Shown: in pieces, positions 1-13,699 of the stretch
Layout: each line of letters starts with the position of its first letter
Numbering within the stretch: position 1 is the first letter of the stretch
Program-made: the position numbers and the translations under genes
Source of the DNA: Haplodiscus bocki
Lineage: Eukaryota
Assembly: GCA_965655095.1 (NCBI GenBank)
Contig: OZ296650.1
Coordinates: 80,290,001-80,354,000 of the forward strand
Length of the DNA stretch: 64,000 nucleotides
Direction of reading: 5' to 3'
The notes under the pieces: model-generated
Told to the model about the DNA's origin: nothing
What the model saw: the letters and a program-made list of their open reading frames with translations, nothing else
Databases searched by the model: none

Positions 1-504
1 GCATTACTTCCTAAAATTAGGAAATTTTTTGTTCACCTGCGGCTCATATTGAATTATTGAAACTGATTCAACTTGTATTTCTATTCAGACGGAGTATTTG
101 AGGCTACGCTGGCTTGGAGAACGCGGAATCAAAAGTCTGACCTATTTTCGAAGAATGTTTTTGATTTTATAATTCGGAAAATTCATCAATGCAAGTTTTT
201 CATTTCAATTGATGTGTTTGTTACCAACAACTTAATTACCCAATTTTATATCTAAATAGAAAAAAAATGGATATCACTGCTGCGAAGTCATTATTTGCTG
301 CTGTATGTCAAATATGATATACTGATATCTTTTCGAAGTTTACTGGTTTCGGAACAAAGAGTCGTCGTGAGTTTTTTGGACCTTCCCAAGTTTGATACCT
401 AGGGCTGAAATGCAGCATTTTTACTGAGACAGTGATGGGTACAAGGGAAACATGCACGCTGTTGATACTTCTAGGGACAGCGACATCTTACAATGATGAA
501 GATG

Positions 505-985
505 TTTTCCTGCGGTTACTAAATTATTCCGGAGCCGAGCTTTGGACCGTAGTAAGTTACTTAAGGGCCCAAGAACGTACACATTGCATAATCGCGTAAA
601 ATTTAAAAAATAATGCATTTCACCAAAAATCAAAAGATATTATCCCTGGAAGGCGGATTTCTTTGAGCAAAGTTTTTCTATTGGAAATATTGCGAAACAA
701 TATGTTTGAAACTTTCAGAAATGAATTGTTTTGGATTGCTTAAAATTTATTTTGGTTCAATTTGTCTGATGAAAGACTCAAAACGAACTTAAATTTTTGC
801 AAACTTTACTTTATCTCGTCCTGTTGAATATTAGCAAAATTGTTGTTCTTCGAACCGATGCGAAAAGCTTGTTTCGAAAACGAATACAGGAGTCTTACAT
901 TATTTCTCTAGTGGAAAATGCAAAACTGAACAGAAAGACAATTTATCTTGAGTTTCTCTTATGGGGCGCAGAGAATTTTTAGTAA
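505..985. repeat. Diverged dispersed repeat (related copy at ~38520-39010)
   Basis: GGAGCCGAGCTTTGGACCGTAGTAAGTTACTTAAG (~531-565) matches GGAGCCCAGCTCTGGGCCTCAGTAAGTTACTTAAG (~38544-38578). Patchy colinear similarity continues for ~400 bp. Boundaries are approximate. Confidence 0.5.
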
Positions 986-1035
986 GGTACATTCCTGGAT
1001 GCAAGGCTTTCTTACTACGGTGTATGTATATCGTA

Positions 1036-1740
1036 ACAAGATGTCTGGAAACGCTAGAGTACCCACTTGAAACACTAGTTAGTTATCCCTGTAGTGGTAA
1101 ACCGGGCTTTCGCCGTTAAGTAAGAAGGCGTTCCTGGCCTGTAATCTTGTTCCTGGGCACTGTATGTAAATTGTAGAATCTTAAAAGTTTAAACAGCTTC
1201 CTAAGTGCCGTACCACAGGAACATTCTTGACTTTTATAATAATCAACGACTAGAAATTTGTTTATTTTCCGTCATATCTATAATATGGAAGGAAAATCAT
1301 CTATCTACTCAACGTTTACTTGCCGAATGATAATGTCCGGACGATTCTGAATTTGAAAATTTTTTCATCAGCAAGTTCTAGCAAATTTGCCGTAGAATGC
1401 AACTGAAACAGTGAGTTTTCTCAAAAAGTACCAAGTTTGTTTTTTTTTGGAAGAATAGATGTGTTTTTTCGAAAAAATACTTGAAAGTTTTCAAAATTGT
1501 TCAAAGCGGCCAATTTGCGGTAGAATGCTTATCAAATGATGTTATTTTTAAAAATTTCTTATCCATTTTAATTGTGAAGTTTTTTCGGTGAAAAATCAGA
1601 AAACTTTCAAAGTTGGAAAAATTAAAAAAAACATGATGAAGAAAGAAAATATTTTGAAAAAAACGCTTTCATCCTTTTAGAAGGCATCTTCAACAAAATT
1701 GGAGGGTAGAAAATATGCCGGTGGTACCCGGGCGTCTTGT
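1036..1740. mobile_element. Putative non-autonomous DNA transposon (MITE-like) with imperfect 13-bp TIRs
   Basis: ACAAGATGTCTGG (1036-1048) versus CCGGGCGTCTTGT (1728-1740; reverse complement ACAAGACGCCCGG). The same right terminus recurs at ~8105-8137 (GAAAATATCTAGTACTAGCCGGGCGTCTTGT). No clear TSD. Confidence 0.4.
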
Positions 1741-4700
1741 GTTATCTTTCTTTGAATTACATCTGGCTTCCTTACAGACTTGATTCAAATTTTATTCAAT
1801 GTTTGTGCGGGAACATATCTTGACTTGCTGCTATGCAAATAATTTCTTCAGTTTTCTCTGTCAATATCAGTTTCCACATACTTTATGATTCTTGACGGAA
1901 GTTGTACGCCAACAAAATTCTCAAAGTTCATGCATCTTTACAATATGAAGTAAAATGTCAGGTAAAGTCACCGGCATAACTTCCTTCACATGTGTTTTTT
2001 CTCTTTCTCGCCAATCGATTCTCCTCGCAGATACTTTTTGCCTTTCAGGTTTTAAAAAAGATTTCGCTTAAATCTCAAATCGAGTTTTTCTCAAAACATA
2101 TTATTGATGTTTGGAACCGTAATGAAACATAGCATAAATGGTTTCAAAAAGGGTCCAAAACTAAACCCCAAGAACTTGAGTAGTTGATCAACAATGTTGT
2201 TGTTGAATGAGATAGGTCCCGATGTCATGGGCTGTTGTTGATTTATGAATCTTTGCCCGTAGCCTATTTATGAGCCACTAAGGCTTGAGGACTGTTAGGA
2301 CTTTTTATAGCTACTAGCCTGCAAACTATGTTACTCCTATCTTTGCATTGGATACAGATAGGATCAAACACAGAACCGTTCGTTTGTGAGTCACGACATT
2401 TACTGCCATGGCAAATACTCCTTCCTAAACATCTAGAGTAAAGGCATTTACTTCACGGCAAAAAATGACGAATTTCTTTTGCCCAAAACATTTTTTTTGC
2501 TTCTGTCAACTGTTCATTTCATTGACAGAGCACGAAGCGGAGTAAAAATACAAAAATTTTCGACACTTCCAAATTTGTATAATCGCTCTGAAAACTTAGT
2601 GATTTTTTATGAGCAAATGTTACTCAACTTCATTGCAATTATTAAATAAAAGACTTAATGTCCTATTTTTTTGGTGAATGCACGCTCTTCTAGTAAATTC
2701 GAACATTTGGAAAAAATACAAAGATGACAATTCGACAACACCGAAACAAAAAAATACTTTTTCCGGAAATTTCATCAAAAAATCATTAAAAATATTGTGA
2801 AATTTCGTCGGAAAATTAGGAAACTCTTTGATGGCCTGTTTGTTAATAACTATTAACATTTAGGTCGAATTAATAGAGCTTACCTCGATTCGAAGGGAAT
2901 TTTTTCTTGTTAAAACGCGGAAAATTGACCGAAGCACTGCAGAAAAGTAGCTCTGAAACATTTTTTTCGAAAAAGGCAAACATATTCAGAAGGGAAATGT
3001 AAAGGAGCCATAACGTTCTCGATTAAATTTTTTTTCTAAAATGATTCCACTTTGTTGAAGTTTTAGAGCAGTGATGTTTCAGTCTATTCATGAGAATCCT
3101 GAAAATACCAAAAGAAAACCAAAATGTTCTCATGACAAACTTCCAATTTTACAATTGATACTGCAAAAGAAGAGTCAGCTTTCAGAAGTTCGGGCAACTT
3201 TAGAGTTGCTGTTTGAAAAACGAGCTGTCTCAAAAAGGGTGCGTTCGGTATTTTGCTGAACTAAAAGTAGTTCCAAAAAAAACAGACTTCTCATCAAATG
3301 CCAAATGCTCAAATCTTTCAAATATAAATCCTCTTTTATAGTTGGACATTTTCTAAAACTCCCTAATGTAGATCATCCCTCTTTTGTAAAACAAAAACAA
3401 CTCGAGACAAAAATCAAGTCGAGAAATTTCCCATTATCCAGTGGAGTGGGGGACTTTGTTTTTGAAAAATTGGGGTTTCTCCAAAAAAAGATTGCGATAA
3501 TCATGTTTTTTTCGTAAAAATTTAATAATTAAATGGCAAAATGCCAAAAAGCATTTTTGTTACTCAATATATTGCCTAAGAAAGTGGTTTGTTGAAGCTT
3601 GATATTCCTGGGAAAATATTGGTATACCCTAGTTGAATTTGCAAGAAACTTTTGTATGGTGCATTAATGAGCACAGGCAAAAAGTTTTTAAAACATAGAC
3701 AATTCAGAGATCTAGCATACGTCTATTTTGAAATTTTCACTGCTGCAGCAAAAGTTCTTTCAAGTTTTCAAAAAATAAATACACCGTGAAATTTCTCGCC
3801 TCCCTTTTGACTCAACCACTACTACTTTAGAGTTGCTAATCTAGTTATATTTGACACTTTCATTGTTAAGGTATTATTTGCTCTGTGCTGTGTTGGCGTG
3901 GGTTGCTATAATTTTAATCTATGTTAATTCTACTGTAATGCGCGATAAAATTGTGAGGCTGTCGGTCATTTGTAAAATTAATTGAGCTGCATCCAAAAAC
4001 CTGCAAAAACTTTTCTTATTTTTCATACGGCAAGTTTTGAAAACAACCTGCAACATCCCGCCTAATTTTATTAGGTTCATTGGAGAAACTTGAAGGATTT
4101 CTCAGCAGTAAACAAAAATTAGGCATTTGAAGTGTAATATCAAGCATCCAGAATCATTCAAAATGTCATTAGGAACATAAAACTTTGAAAAACTTCCAGG
4201 CAATTTCAACTTAGGTATGAAAAATTTTTTTACGCGAGAACATTACCAACCGACAGTTCAAAAATGATTTCCTCATAAGCATGTTGTTTTTTGAGTTCCA
4301 GGGCAAAATTTCTGTTCCTATAACTGAAGGGAGCCTCAAAATTTCAGAAGTTCGGTACGCGGAGAAAAAAATTTCTAAAAAAAAGCATCGACTATTGAGT
4401 AACCGTGCAAGTTTCTATTGGAGAAGTTTTTCGCTCGCTTCCAATCTCCTACGCGGATTGAGGAAAGTTTCGAAAGTGAAACAACGGATTTCCCCGCGAG
4501 AATTTCTTTTAACAGATTTCCTAAGTTAGACATCATTGATAGATATTACAACAAACCTGTTTTTGACGAAAGAAATCATTCGAAAAAAGTTTTGAGAAAG
4601 TGCTTTCCCATATCGGATAAAGTCAGATGTAAATGCACATTTCAGTTTCTTCTCAAATGACGTTTTCGACAAAAAGAACAACACCACAGTTATTGCTATT

Positions 4701-7700
4701 GAAAAATTTTCTGCTAATGGGAAATTGCCGATCAATACTTTATTGGATAAGATCCAACAGACGGTTATACGGCAGATCAAATTCCAACAAAAGTAAACAG
4801 CGATTGGGAAAAAGAGTGCAGGTAGTTTTGCAGTTGTGTTTTTTTGATTAGCGAGAAAAGATCTCACTTTATGACAGCTTTTGGAATAGAAGGCCAATTA
4901 CATTTCCAAAACGAATGACAACACTAAAGATGAACTTTTTCTAAAGCATCCTACAAGTGAAATTTCATCAATGAAGTGAGACCTTCATTGGAAGGATTAA
5001 TGCTGTAAATTTTCGGAATTTCTTTTTTCTGAGCTCAGTTTAGTGAAAAAAACCATAAATTTTTCCACCTTCCAGCATTTTCAGATTACTTCTTTTCGGA
5101 TGCAAGCATTGAAGATGGTTTTCTTCTCTAAAATTTTTTAAAAAGTAAAAAAAATGTCAATTGACACAGCAAAAGAACCATCCAACCCGCAGTTTTAGGA
5201 AATTTTGGAACCGTTTTTCGAAAAAAAATGAAAAGTAAATACAACTTATGTCATATTTGTCCCATCGGGTTTCCAATACATGAAACAAAACCGCAGATAA
5301 CGCTATTGAAAAGACTTTTGCATAGACAAAATCGATGAATACAACTTTGAAAATTTGAAGTAGCTTCATTTTTTGATTATCAAAAAAATCTTTATTTCTA
5401 CCAATTCCAGTCAAGTTTTGTTCTATCAGATAGATATCCAAACAAAACATAACAACAAGAAAAAACCACTGGAAAAACCTTAGCAAGTAGAAGTGCAGCC
5501 GGTATTTATGGGGTGCTAATCAGTCCTAATCCACTGAAAAACCATTTTTTTCATAGGTTTCAGCATATGCGGTTCATATTTTGTTTCGGAAAAAGGCTAT
5601 AAAATTGATGATGTTATTGAATATATTGCAAAAAAAATGAGTTTAGGTCAATTCAAATCTCGATGAAAGAACTTCACTCGGTACCTGTCTGGTTAGGTTA
5701 CTTTGAATCCTGAGAAAATTCGTCAAAATTACACTTTATAGCACTTTCAACCTATCAGTTGTTCAATGGAAGAATCAAAACCAGGAAAAAAACTTTTTAA
5801 GAACCGCTTGCGGAAAAGATTTGTTGATTGAAACATTCATAGAGGAATTCGAGGACTTTGTTTTGGCTGACAGTGCGATTAAATTTCGAAAAAAGTGATA
5901 AAAATAATTTTAATGGCAGTTTTGTCTCGTCAATTTCTCAATGAAATGGGGAGAAGACACAGATTAAATAATTGCAAAGCTTTTTGGTGGTAGAATTTTG
6001 TCAATTCAGATCTTGTTCGATGCAATCCGTGCGATAGTTTTAGAGAAAAGTAAATTCAATTTTCATAAAAATCAAATCTGTTGGAACTTCTTGATAGTTT
6101 TGCTCCATCTTCTCTCCGAGAAACGAAAAGAAATGTGAAAAATACAAACCTATAACCAGTACACTTTTGTTGATTGACACTTGTTGTGAAAAAACCAACC
6201 TATTGTTTTGAAAATAGATGAATTTGAATACCAAGGGAGTTCATTACTATTTTCACTTCCAGGCCTACTCCGTCTTTCATTTTTTGCATACAATGAAAAA
6301 AGACTGCAAATATTACTTTTTGGTTAGCGGCTTTCTGCACGTAAATTTTTGTCGATTTCGGTCACGAAAGAAATTCAACTGGTGGTTTGGGTGGAATTTC
6401 AGTTTGAGTATTGAAGATTTCATTCAATATTTCCCAATTTTTGGCATATTAGGCCTTTGATATATCCAATGCAAATGGCAACACCAAAAAAAGTCAATCA
6501 AAGGCCCACTGAATGTTAAAATCCGTCAATTCGGACTCCCATGGGAAAAACCAACCGTTAGTTTTGGGTGTCATTTGGTTTACATATTCCCAAAAGTCAT
6601 AATTTTGCTTTCTAGTATATTCGGTCCTTCTGCTTCACATACAGTCAACAAAGTCTATGTTTTTGATCAATTAATTTTTAGCAATTGGAAAAGGGTTCCA
6701 TGAGATGATAAATGGAGAGTTTAACAGGTAGCATTGCAGAAAATTGAATTTGAATGTCTACAGAACTCATTTGTATTTGCACGCTTGGCAAGGAAAAAAC
6801 AGAATAAAAAACAATGGAGAACTTTCAGCTTGTGTAACTTTGTAAATTAGAAGGTTGACGGAAAACATCTATCAAATGGATTCTGAGGAAACCGTTTGAA
6901 GTCTCGAGAAGCAATAACATCGTTTTCTTTTTTCGGCATTTCTGGAGGATAGATTTCCTGCAACGATACATTACCGGTGAACTATCTTCCTATTGACGTT
7001 TTGTCTTATTATGAGGCCTCTAGGAGCCGTGTTAAAATTGTTTCAAAGAATAGTTTATACAAGGAACCTATTCGATGAAAATGATGTTTCTGAAAAACTG
7101 AACTTTTGGGACGGTCAATGATTTTCCCCGCTTTTATTTTTGGAAAATGTAGGAAACTGAGTTCTATTCTTTTTTTGAAACGAGAAAGTAAAATATCCGG
7201 GAGAAAAACAACCTACTCAAAAATTTTGAGCATTTATCCAGAAAAAGTCGGTTTTTTCCGCTATACAAGTTGAAAATTTTCTAGAATTACAATTTCGACC
7301 AATCCACAGTTTCCATAGTGCGGAAAAAATAAACAAAAAAGCGAAAGTGAGTTTTTTTGGAAATGAAAAAAATTGAGAAAAAGTAAAATAAACTTAAGTA
7401 GAAGTTGATAAAAAATTAAATATCTCGAAAAAAGTTTGCTAGTTGTGGGGATCTAACCCTGACTTTTGTAGTGAACGAAAGCCGTAAATTTACTGTCACT
7501 GTTGTTCGTCATTGGGCTATAGAGTGTCAAACAGATTCAAAGTCAATCAAAAAGTACTGCTTTGTCATGAAAGCTTTGCCTGTCGAAGGATTTCTGTTAC
7601 AGTTGAAAGAAGTATCAAAAAGAAATTTCTACAATTTATCCGAAAACATCAACTTGCTCTGAATACTTTTGCAGAACTGCTTTATCCAATTTATTCGAGA

Positions 7701-8471
7701 AACTGCGAAAATGCCGGTAAAAATTTTCAACTAAATGAAACTATCGTTGTCAAGACCGAGATTTTTTGTCATTTTTGAGAAAATTCTCAAAAAAAATAAA
7801 ATTTACTTCAAAAATTGGGAATCTGAGCTGACATAAGCCACATTTTAATAAAAAGTCAGTTTATTTTGGAAACTGCTAACAAAGTACTCAAGAAACCCAA
7901 CATGGCTGAAACTTCGTTTTTACTCATGAAGTTAATGGTCAATGAAGCCAAACAGTCAACGTTTCAACAGAAGCTTGCTAATTTGTTTAATTTCACGCAC
8001 AAAGCTTCGGTTTTTAGAGATTTTGCAGAAATTTTGTGGAAAACATTTTAAGAATCAAACCAAAAACTGTGTGAAAATCATTTTTTTTCTTCACAGTTGC
8101 AATGCGGAAAATATCTAGTACTAGCCGGGCGTCTTGTTTCAACTTCAGTCTGAAAGAAGTTGCAATTTTGAATTCACGGATAATACTCCCTGGACAATCT
8201 CTTTCAGTTGATAGGCTTAAGTGGTCATAAAACAGAAGCAGAAATAGGCACAGTGCAGGAAAACTGTTTTGGAGCTGTAAAAATGTGTCACTCGTGGGAG
8301 CCCAATCAAAGACGCTTTTATTGTCTATTATTTTCTCACAAAAAATGGAGATACTTGTGCCAAATGTGGATACCGATTTTTTAAAAATCATCTCAGTAAC
8401 TTCAACATTATGTTTTTTCAGATCTTGACTATTTATTTCGTTAACTTGTACTGCTGCCCATGTTATAACAT

Positions 8472-9029
8472 TTACTGCCTTATGCATCTGTGATGAGTGC
8501 GTGTTTGCCGGTCAAAATGTGTTTCTGGGACCGACAACTCACTTACCTCGTCTGGAATATTATGTCGAGTCTCATCATTCACATTCGATACATCTAGTAT
8601 GTTGTTGTTTCCAGATGCGTTTTCGAAACGGGCATCAATCCCTACATGTTCCCCACGTTCTGAGCTTGCATTCACACTAGCCACATCCCGTCCAGAAGAT
8701 GCACTTATTGACCTAATTGCTAATTCAGTTTTAGGAGCAACAATGTTATCAATAGCAGTCAAAATTGCATTCTGTATCCTGTCTTCAACTGTATCAACAA
8801 TTTTGCTCATTTCCCTGTCAATCCTTTTCACATTCATTGCTTTTTCATTAATAGCGGGGTTATTACTAGAAGCACCAACGGTAAAATCTCGGTCATTAGT
8901 ACCTTCGTTGACCATAGTATTTTCTTGTCTTTCACTAGCATTGTCGCCATTAACCATATCTCGATCAAAGTCATCTAATTGGCTGAGGAGCCTTCTGTTT
9001 GACTGTCTTTCTTTGCGAGTAGAAACCAT
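8472..9029 (-). CDS. 185-aa ORF, probable Gag N-terminal segment encoded within an LTR (MVSTRKERQSNRRLLSQLDDF...RQTRTHH)
   Basis: ATG-initiated intact ORF with a basic N-terminus and a coiled-coil-like middle (RIDREMSKIVDTVEDRIQNAILTAIDNIV). It crosses the putative LTR end at CAC A|, the same codon phase as the gag at 60021. The Gag identity is inferred; no capsid motif is present. Confidence 0.45.
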   Translation of the reverse strand: MVSTRKERQSNRRLLSQLDDFDRDMVNGDNASERQENTMVNEGTNDRDFTVGASSNNPAINEKAMNVKRIDREMSKIVDTVEDRIQNAILTAIDNIVAPKTELAIRSISASSGRDVASVNASSERGEHVGIDARFENASGNNNILDVSNVNDETRHNIPDEVSELSVPETHFDRQTRTHHRCIRQ

Positions 9030-9859
9030 GTTTGTTTTAAAAACTCAATTGTATTAGAGATGATAAAACTAACAGTAACGTAAGAACGTGACGGCAAGTA
9101 ACAAAGCAAAACTTGATGAAAGTTTAAATAATCCAAAATAAAAGATATCAGTTAGGAATGAGTGTTTTATCGAACTGTTTTTTAAATCACAACCTACCTT
9201 CTGTTGGATGTTCCTTAGTCAGTAGTGTGTCACCTTTTCCTTCGTTTTACCTGGCATTCGTCGACCAATTGTGTGGCACGCTCTATTGATGTCATGTTCG
9301 CAATTCTATTTATAATCAAAACATCAAAGTGCTTAATCCACGTTTCACATATCATCATCATGGCATCAATTTAAAAATAGTAACAAAATCAACATCAAAG
9401 GAGGAATACCGAAAAATCATGACAATCGAAAAATGGTTACGGGATCTGAATAAGTGCTAAAGGTTAAGAAAATCATGGTTGTATGTATGGTTTATATCAT
9501 GGAAAGGCTTCATGCACAAGTTTGGCTTCAAACTAATGTATGGTAGTCAAAAGTGTGCATTATGACTGTCTTTTGACCAAATGATAATATTCAATTGGGA
9601 TTTATTAATAATAAGTACTTGGTAATTTAGAAACACATAATAAATAATTATATACTTATATAGTTACGTAGCAACGTCTTTTAACTAAATGTGGTCGTAG
9701 TTTGGAATCTGCGACTCTGTTTGGCCGTAGTTCTCCTTTTGTTCTGAAGCGACCTCTCGCTTTGAGCAACGTGGTCAAAATTAGGTCTTTGTGACCTGTT
9801 TGGACCACTCTCTAGCAGTGCTGCTGTTTGGCTAAAACTTTGAAATTTATACCTTTTCC
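8489..9859 (-). mobile_element. Probable LTR (solo or 3' LTR) of a Gypsy-type element, cut by the assembly gap
   Basis: On the minus strand the segment ends in ...CATCACA at 8489 (TG...CA-type terminus) with an abrupt change of sequence character. It contains an intact ORF interrupted exactly at this end. The other end and the TSD are not visible (gap at 9860). Confidence 0.5.
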
Positions 9860-10059
9860 NNNNNNNNNNNNNNNNNNNNNNNNNNNNNNNNNNNNNNNNN
9901 NNNNNNNNNNNNNNNNNNNNNNNNNNNNNNNNNNNNNNNNNNNNNNNNNNNNNNNNNNNNNNNNNNNNNNNNNNNNNNNNNNNNNNNNNNNNNNNNNNNN
10001 NNNNNNNNNNNNNNNNNNNNNNNNNNNNNNNNNNNNNNNNNNNNNNNNNNNNNNNNNNN
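9860..10059. other. Assembly gap (200 N)
   Basis: Run of exactly 200 N, typical of a fixed-size scaffolding gap. Confidence 0.99.
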
Positions 10060-12199
10060 ACACAGAAGTAAATAGATCTCTTTTTGCTTAGTTTGTTTGC
10101 TTTTTTCCGGTCTCGTAAGTTTCACTTGTTATAGGTACTTATTTCGGCAATTAGATCGGATTTTCGTGAATACTTCTGCTTTTTTTTGAGCTCCTATCAT
10201 TATTTTCTCTTTTGGGACTTTACGTAGTTTAATAAAGTTTCCTTTTCGGTTTATTCAAAATCATGACTCTACATACACAACATGAGGATGCTTCTACTGC
10301 AAGGTCGAAAAAAAAGCAACTTTCGAAGCTGCTCCGCCGGAGAAAAAGATTAAATTTAGGAAGAGGGAACGGGCGGCAAACGGGGCTAACCAGAAATAGA
10401 AGTTTTTAATAGACCCTTAAAACTTGTTAGTTGGTTTTCTTGAAAAGCGTAGTTGAGAAGAATACCAATTTTGAATTTTCCTTGATTTTTTCGAAGCTCA
10501 CAAAAAAGTCCCGTTTAATGGGGTTAGAAATCAAAATTTAAAAAAAAATGAAAAATGGTTTCCTTCAATATGTAAGATCCTCGGAAAGTAACATTTACGC
10601 TTCGTCAACAGTTGTGCAATTACAATTTTAATATTCCAAGTAATAAGCAATGGAATGTACTAGACTATTTTTCCACAATGAACTATTATAAAATGAGATA
10701 CAAGCAACAACGAGATATGTAGATAACAAGTATAGATTACAAGAGCTCTGTAACAATTCGGCATTTCGGACCAAAGCTAAAATTTGACCAGATTATTTCG
10801 ATTTATCTTCAAAACAAAGCCGAAGAAAATTCATTTTACAAAAATTTAATAATGTTGCAAATAGTAAGTACTTCAACAACTGCAACTAGAAAATGTTTGT
10901 TGAAACAAGAGACTGAGAAAACCAAAATCTGCCTTGCCTGGAAGGCTCAGAGTATTTGTGGGGTACCCTTTAGTCCTTCAAAATTTCTGGGATTTTAGGA
11001 TTTTTGTTAGGAAAAAATTTAGCTGATGTGCAGAGGGATCACGACGAACTTTTCTAATTTATGCAAAGGCAAGCGTGACAAAAGCTTTGATTTCTTGCAA
11101 TATTTTTTTCGAAAACTAAATAGAGGTAAGGTTAAATGTTTTATTTTGTGAGGTGGGTGGTGGTATTTTTTCAACTTGAACTCTTTTTCAGAGAGTTGGG
11201 AAAGAAAAAATACACGATTAGTTTTTGGGCCAATGCGAAGAAACTACGAAAAATATGAAAGTCATTGAGTCAGAGCGTCTGTGTAATAAACTTATTAAAG
11301 TGGTGTTGTTATTTTGCTACCACCAATTTCATATAGAGAAAAGTCTTCAATTCATTAGTCTGCTTTCACATTTTATTTACTGTCGTCAAATATTACGGAA
11401 GGAAAATCTTAAATTCATTAGTCTGCTCTATCTTTTTATTATTTACCGCGGCATTCTGCCACTTTATGGAAGCCTGTACCTTGGCGCCTTGTAGAATACA
11501 AAAGTGCTCTTCCACCGTGTTTAGGTAGCCTATAGGTCCGGGTTTGAATCTTTGCATTGCCAAGAAGTTTAATGTTTTTGTTGGAATTCTTCAGAAATTT
11601 CCGTAGCACAGTGGGTAGAACAACAAAGCTCTGAATCGCTAGGTACGGGATCGGAAACCCATCAATTACCTGATAGTTCAAACTTTATTGTTGGGATTTT
11701 GAGAAATAATTTTCTACTCCAAATAAAAACTTCAACATTCGCTGATTTGTTTTCCGCCAAAGAATCGTCAAGGAAATTTATACATTGTTGCATAATTTCA
11801 TTCCCTAAATGCAGGATTTTCCATTCTATTTTCAGCGTTTTTTGACAAATTCTTTTCTGCTTTGCAAATTTTTTTTTCGACCGATAAAAGAAAACAACTC
11901 ACGCTTCTTAAACTCTTCAGAAAAAAAGCAGTAATCTCCATCTTTAGAATTTCTTCGGCTTTCCGAAAACAATATCTTCGTTATAGACAATGATTTCCAA
12001 CCCTAAGAAATCATTTCTCTGTCCCGAAAAACTCTCTCCAGTATCTGCATACCGTTTTTGTCTGGAGAAAGACATTCAACGCCGAACAATTGGGTCAGAA
12101 AAAAATTTGCCTAGAACACGTTGTTTTGTAATCCCAAAAAACCAACTAGGCAATGAAACACCCATTAATGATTCAAATCGAAACTGTTTGTCACTTTCC

Positions 12200-13350
12200 T
12201 TGAAATTTACTGGCTGGATTTTTTCCATCAAATTCTCAATTGACAGTTATATATCTGTCAGAAGCTCTTCAAAAAATTCACATGGGTTCCGTTTTCCTCT
12301 ACTTAATTTCATGGATTGATTATACGAAAATTCCTTGGTTCTGTTCATTCAAGTTTTTCAGACTCAGATTTCTTCAAAAATACCGGCTAGATTCTTTCCA
12401 TGATGGTCTCTATCGGCTACTTGTGTTTGTAGAAAGTCCTTCAGCGAGGAAAGGTTTTTTGATTTAGGTTCATGGATATCGAAGCCCAATCTATCGAATT
12501 TTGTGAGCAATAGAAACAGCTATGGTGCTTTTTCGCAAAAATCGAGTAGAGTTTTCTCCGAATCACTGGCGAAGTTGTATCCATCGACAATTAGTTCGAA
12601 AACTCTCGACCTTGATGATTTCATTCAATAAAAATATGACGCGTTAAGTTTCTGCATCAGAAGCTGTGTGAGCTTAAATTGTCAAAAAGTGGAAACAGCA
12701 TTGGGATTTCCCGAAGTTCAAGCATGTCTACAAAACACTCACCTACTTTTTTAATTGAAGTCCTAATCGACAAACTTTACATGTGTAATTAGATTTTCTT
12801 CCTGTCAAGGTTGGCTTTTGATTCCCTGCAGAGGAACTCGATAGTTCGAAATTGCCCGAGCCAAAACTTGATGACTTGTGTGACTCGTCTCGATCTTCAA
12901 ACTCATCAGTTTTTTGAAAGTTACGTGCGGGATCCGTTCCGTTAAAACCTCAATCGACAGGTTTTTAGTTTCAGAAAAACTAATTTTACTTCTTTGGGCT
13001 AAGCTCAGCTCCTCGAGTCGAAGCTGCTGTAGACCAAAATTGCCAACAATGCAAGCGGCTCTGATAATTTTAAAAAATCAAACAAAATTTTCTCCAAAAT
13101 CGTAAGCTTTCTTAACTCATGAACTTTTCAACCCTCAGTTCTCAACTTTAGGATTACTTTCAGTGAAAAATCACTGCGTTCGGCTCTTTGCATTGGATGA
13201 TCAGTAGGCTGAAACGGGCAAAAGCTGCATATAACGTGGATCATTCCCAGTTTTTAAACTTTTTCCAAAAAACAAGTGGCTAGCTTTTTGCCATCAAAGT
13301 CTCAATCGACAATTATCTGCCTGTAAAAGTTTATATATTCCTTTTTGCAG
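12200..13350. repeat. Old, highly diverged tandem repeat, period ~175-185 bp
   Basis: A motif resembling TTCCATCAAAGTCTCAATCGACA recurs near 12235, 12407, 12582, 12762, 12948 and 13300, with a weak unit near 13130. Confidence 0.5.
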
Positions 13351-13699
13351 TTTTGATTCCTTAAACGAAAACGTGACAAGCGGAAAACGCTAAAACACTG
13401 GATACTATGATTTCTTATACCCGAAGTCATACAGCCGCGACTACCGTTTAAAAGTCTTTCATCAAAATTTCTCTAAACAGTTTTCTACCGGCAGTTAGCA
13501 TCTAGGTAGTCATGATCATGATTCTGTTCTTCATAAGGCGTACTCGAAGGAACGTACTTGCCGGAATTTCAAAGTGGCTCCGTTTTTTTGATTTTCAATT
13601 TCCGTCTTTTTGAAATTCACCACCTAGATTTAGTTATTGAAGGCCTCTTTTGGCGACTATTTACCTTTAAAAACTTTCTTTGGGAAGTCTGTTTTTTCC

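Noticed and set aside
7435-7495. tRNA T-arm-like sequence on the minus strand (GGGGTTAGATCCCC)
   Set aside because: No cloverleaf or A-box could be built; at most a decayed SINE fragment.
8497-9057. 186-aa plus-strand ORF
   Set aside because: Antisense shadow of the 8472-9029 ORF.
9812-10125. Three ORFs of 83-92 aa
   Set aside because: Artefacts of the 200-N gap (poly-X translation).
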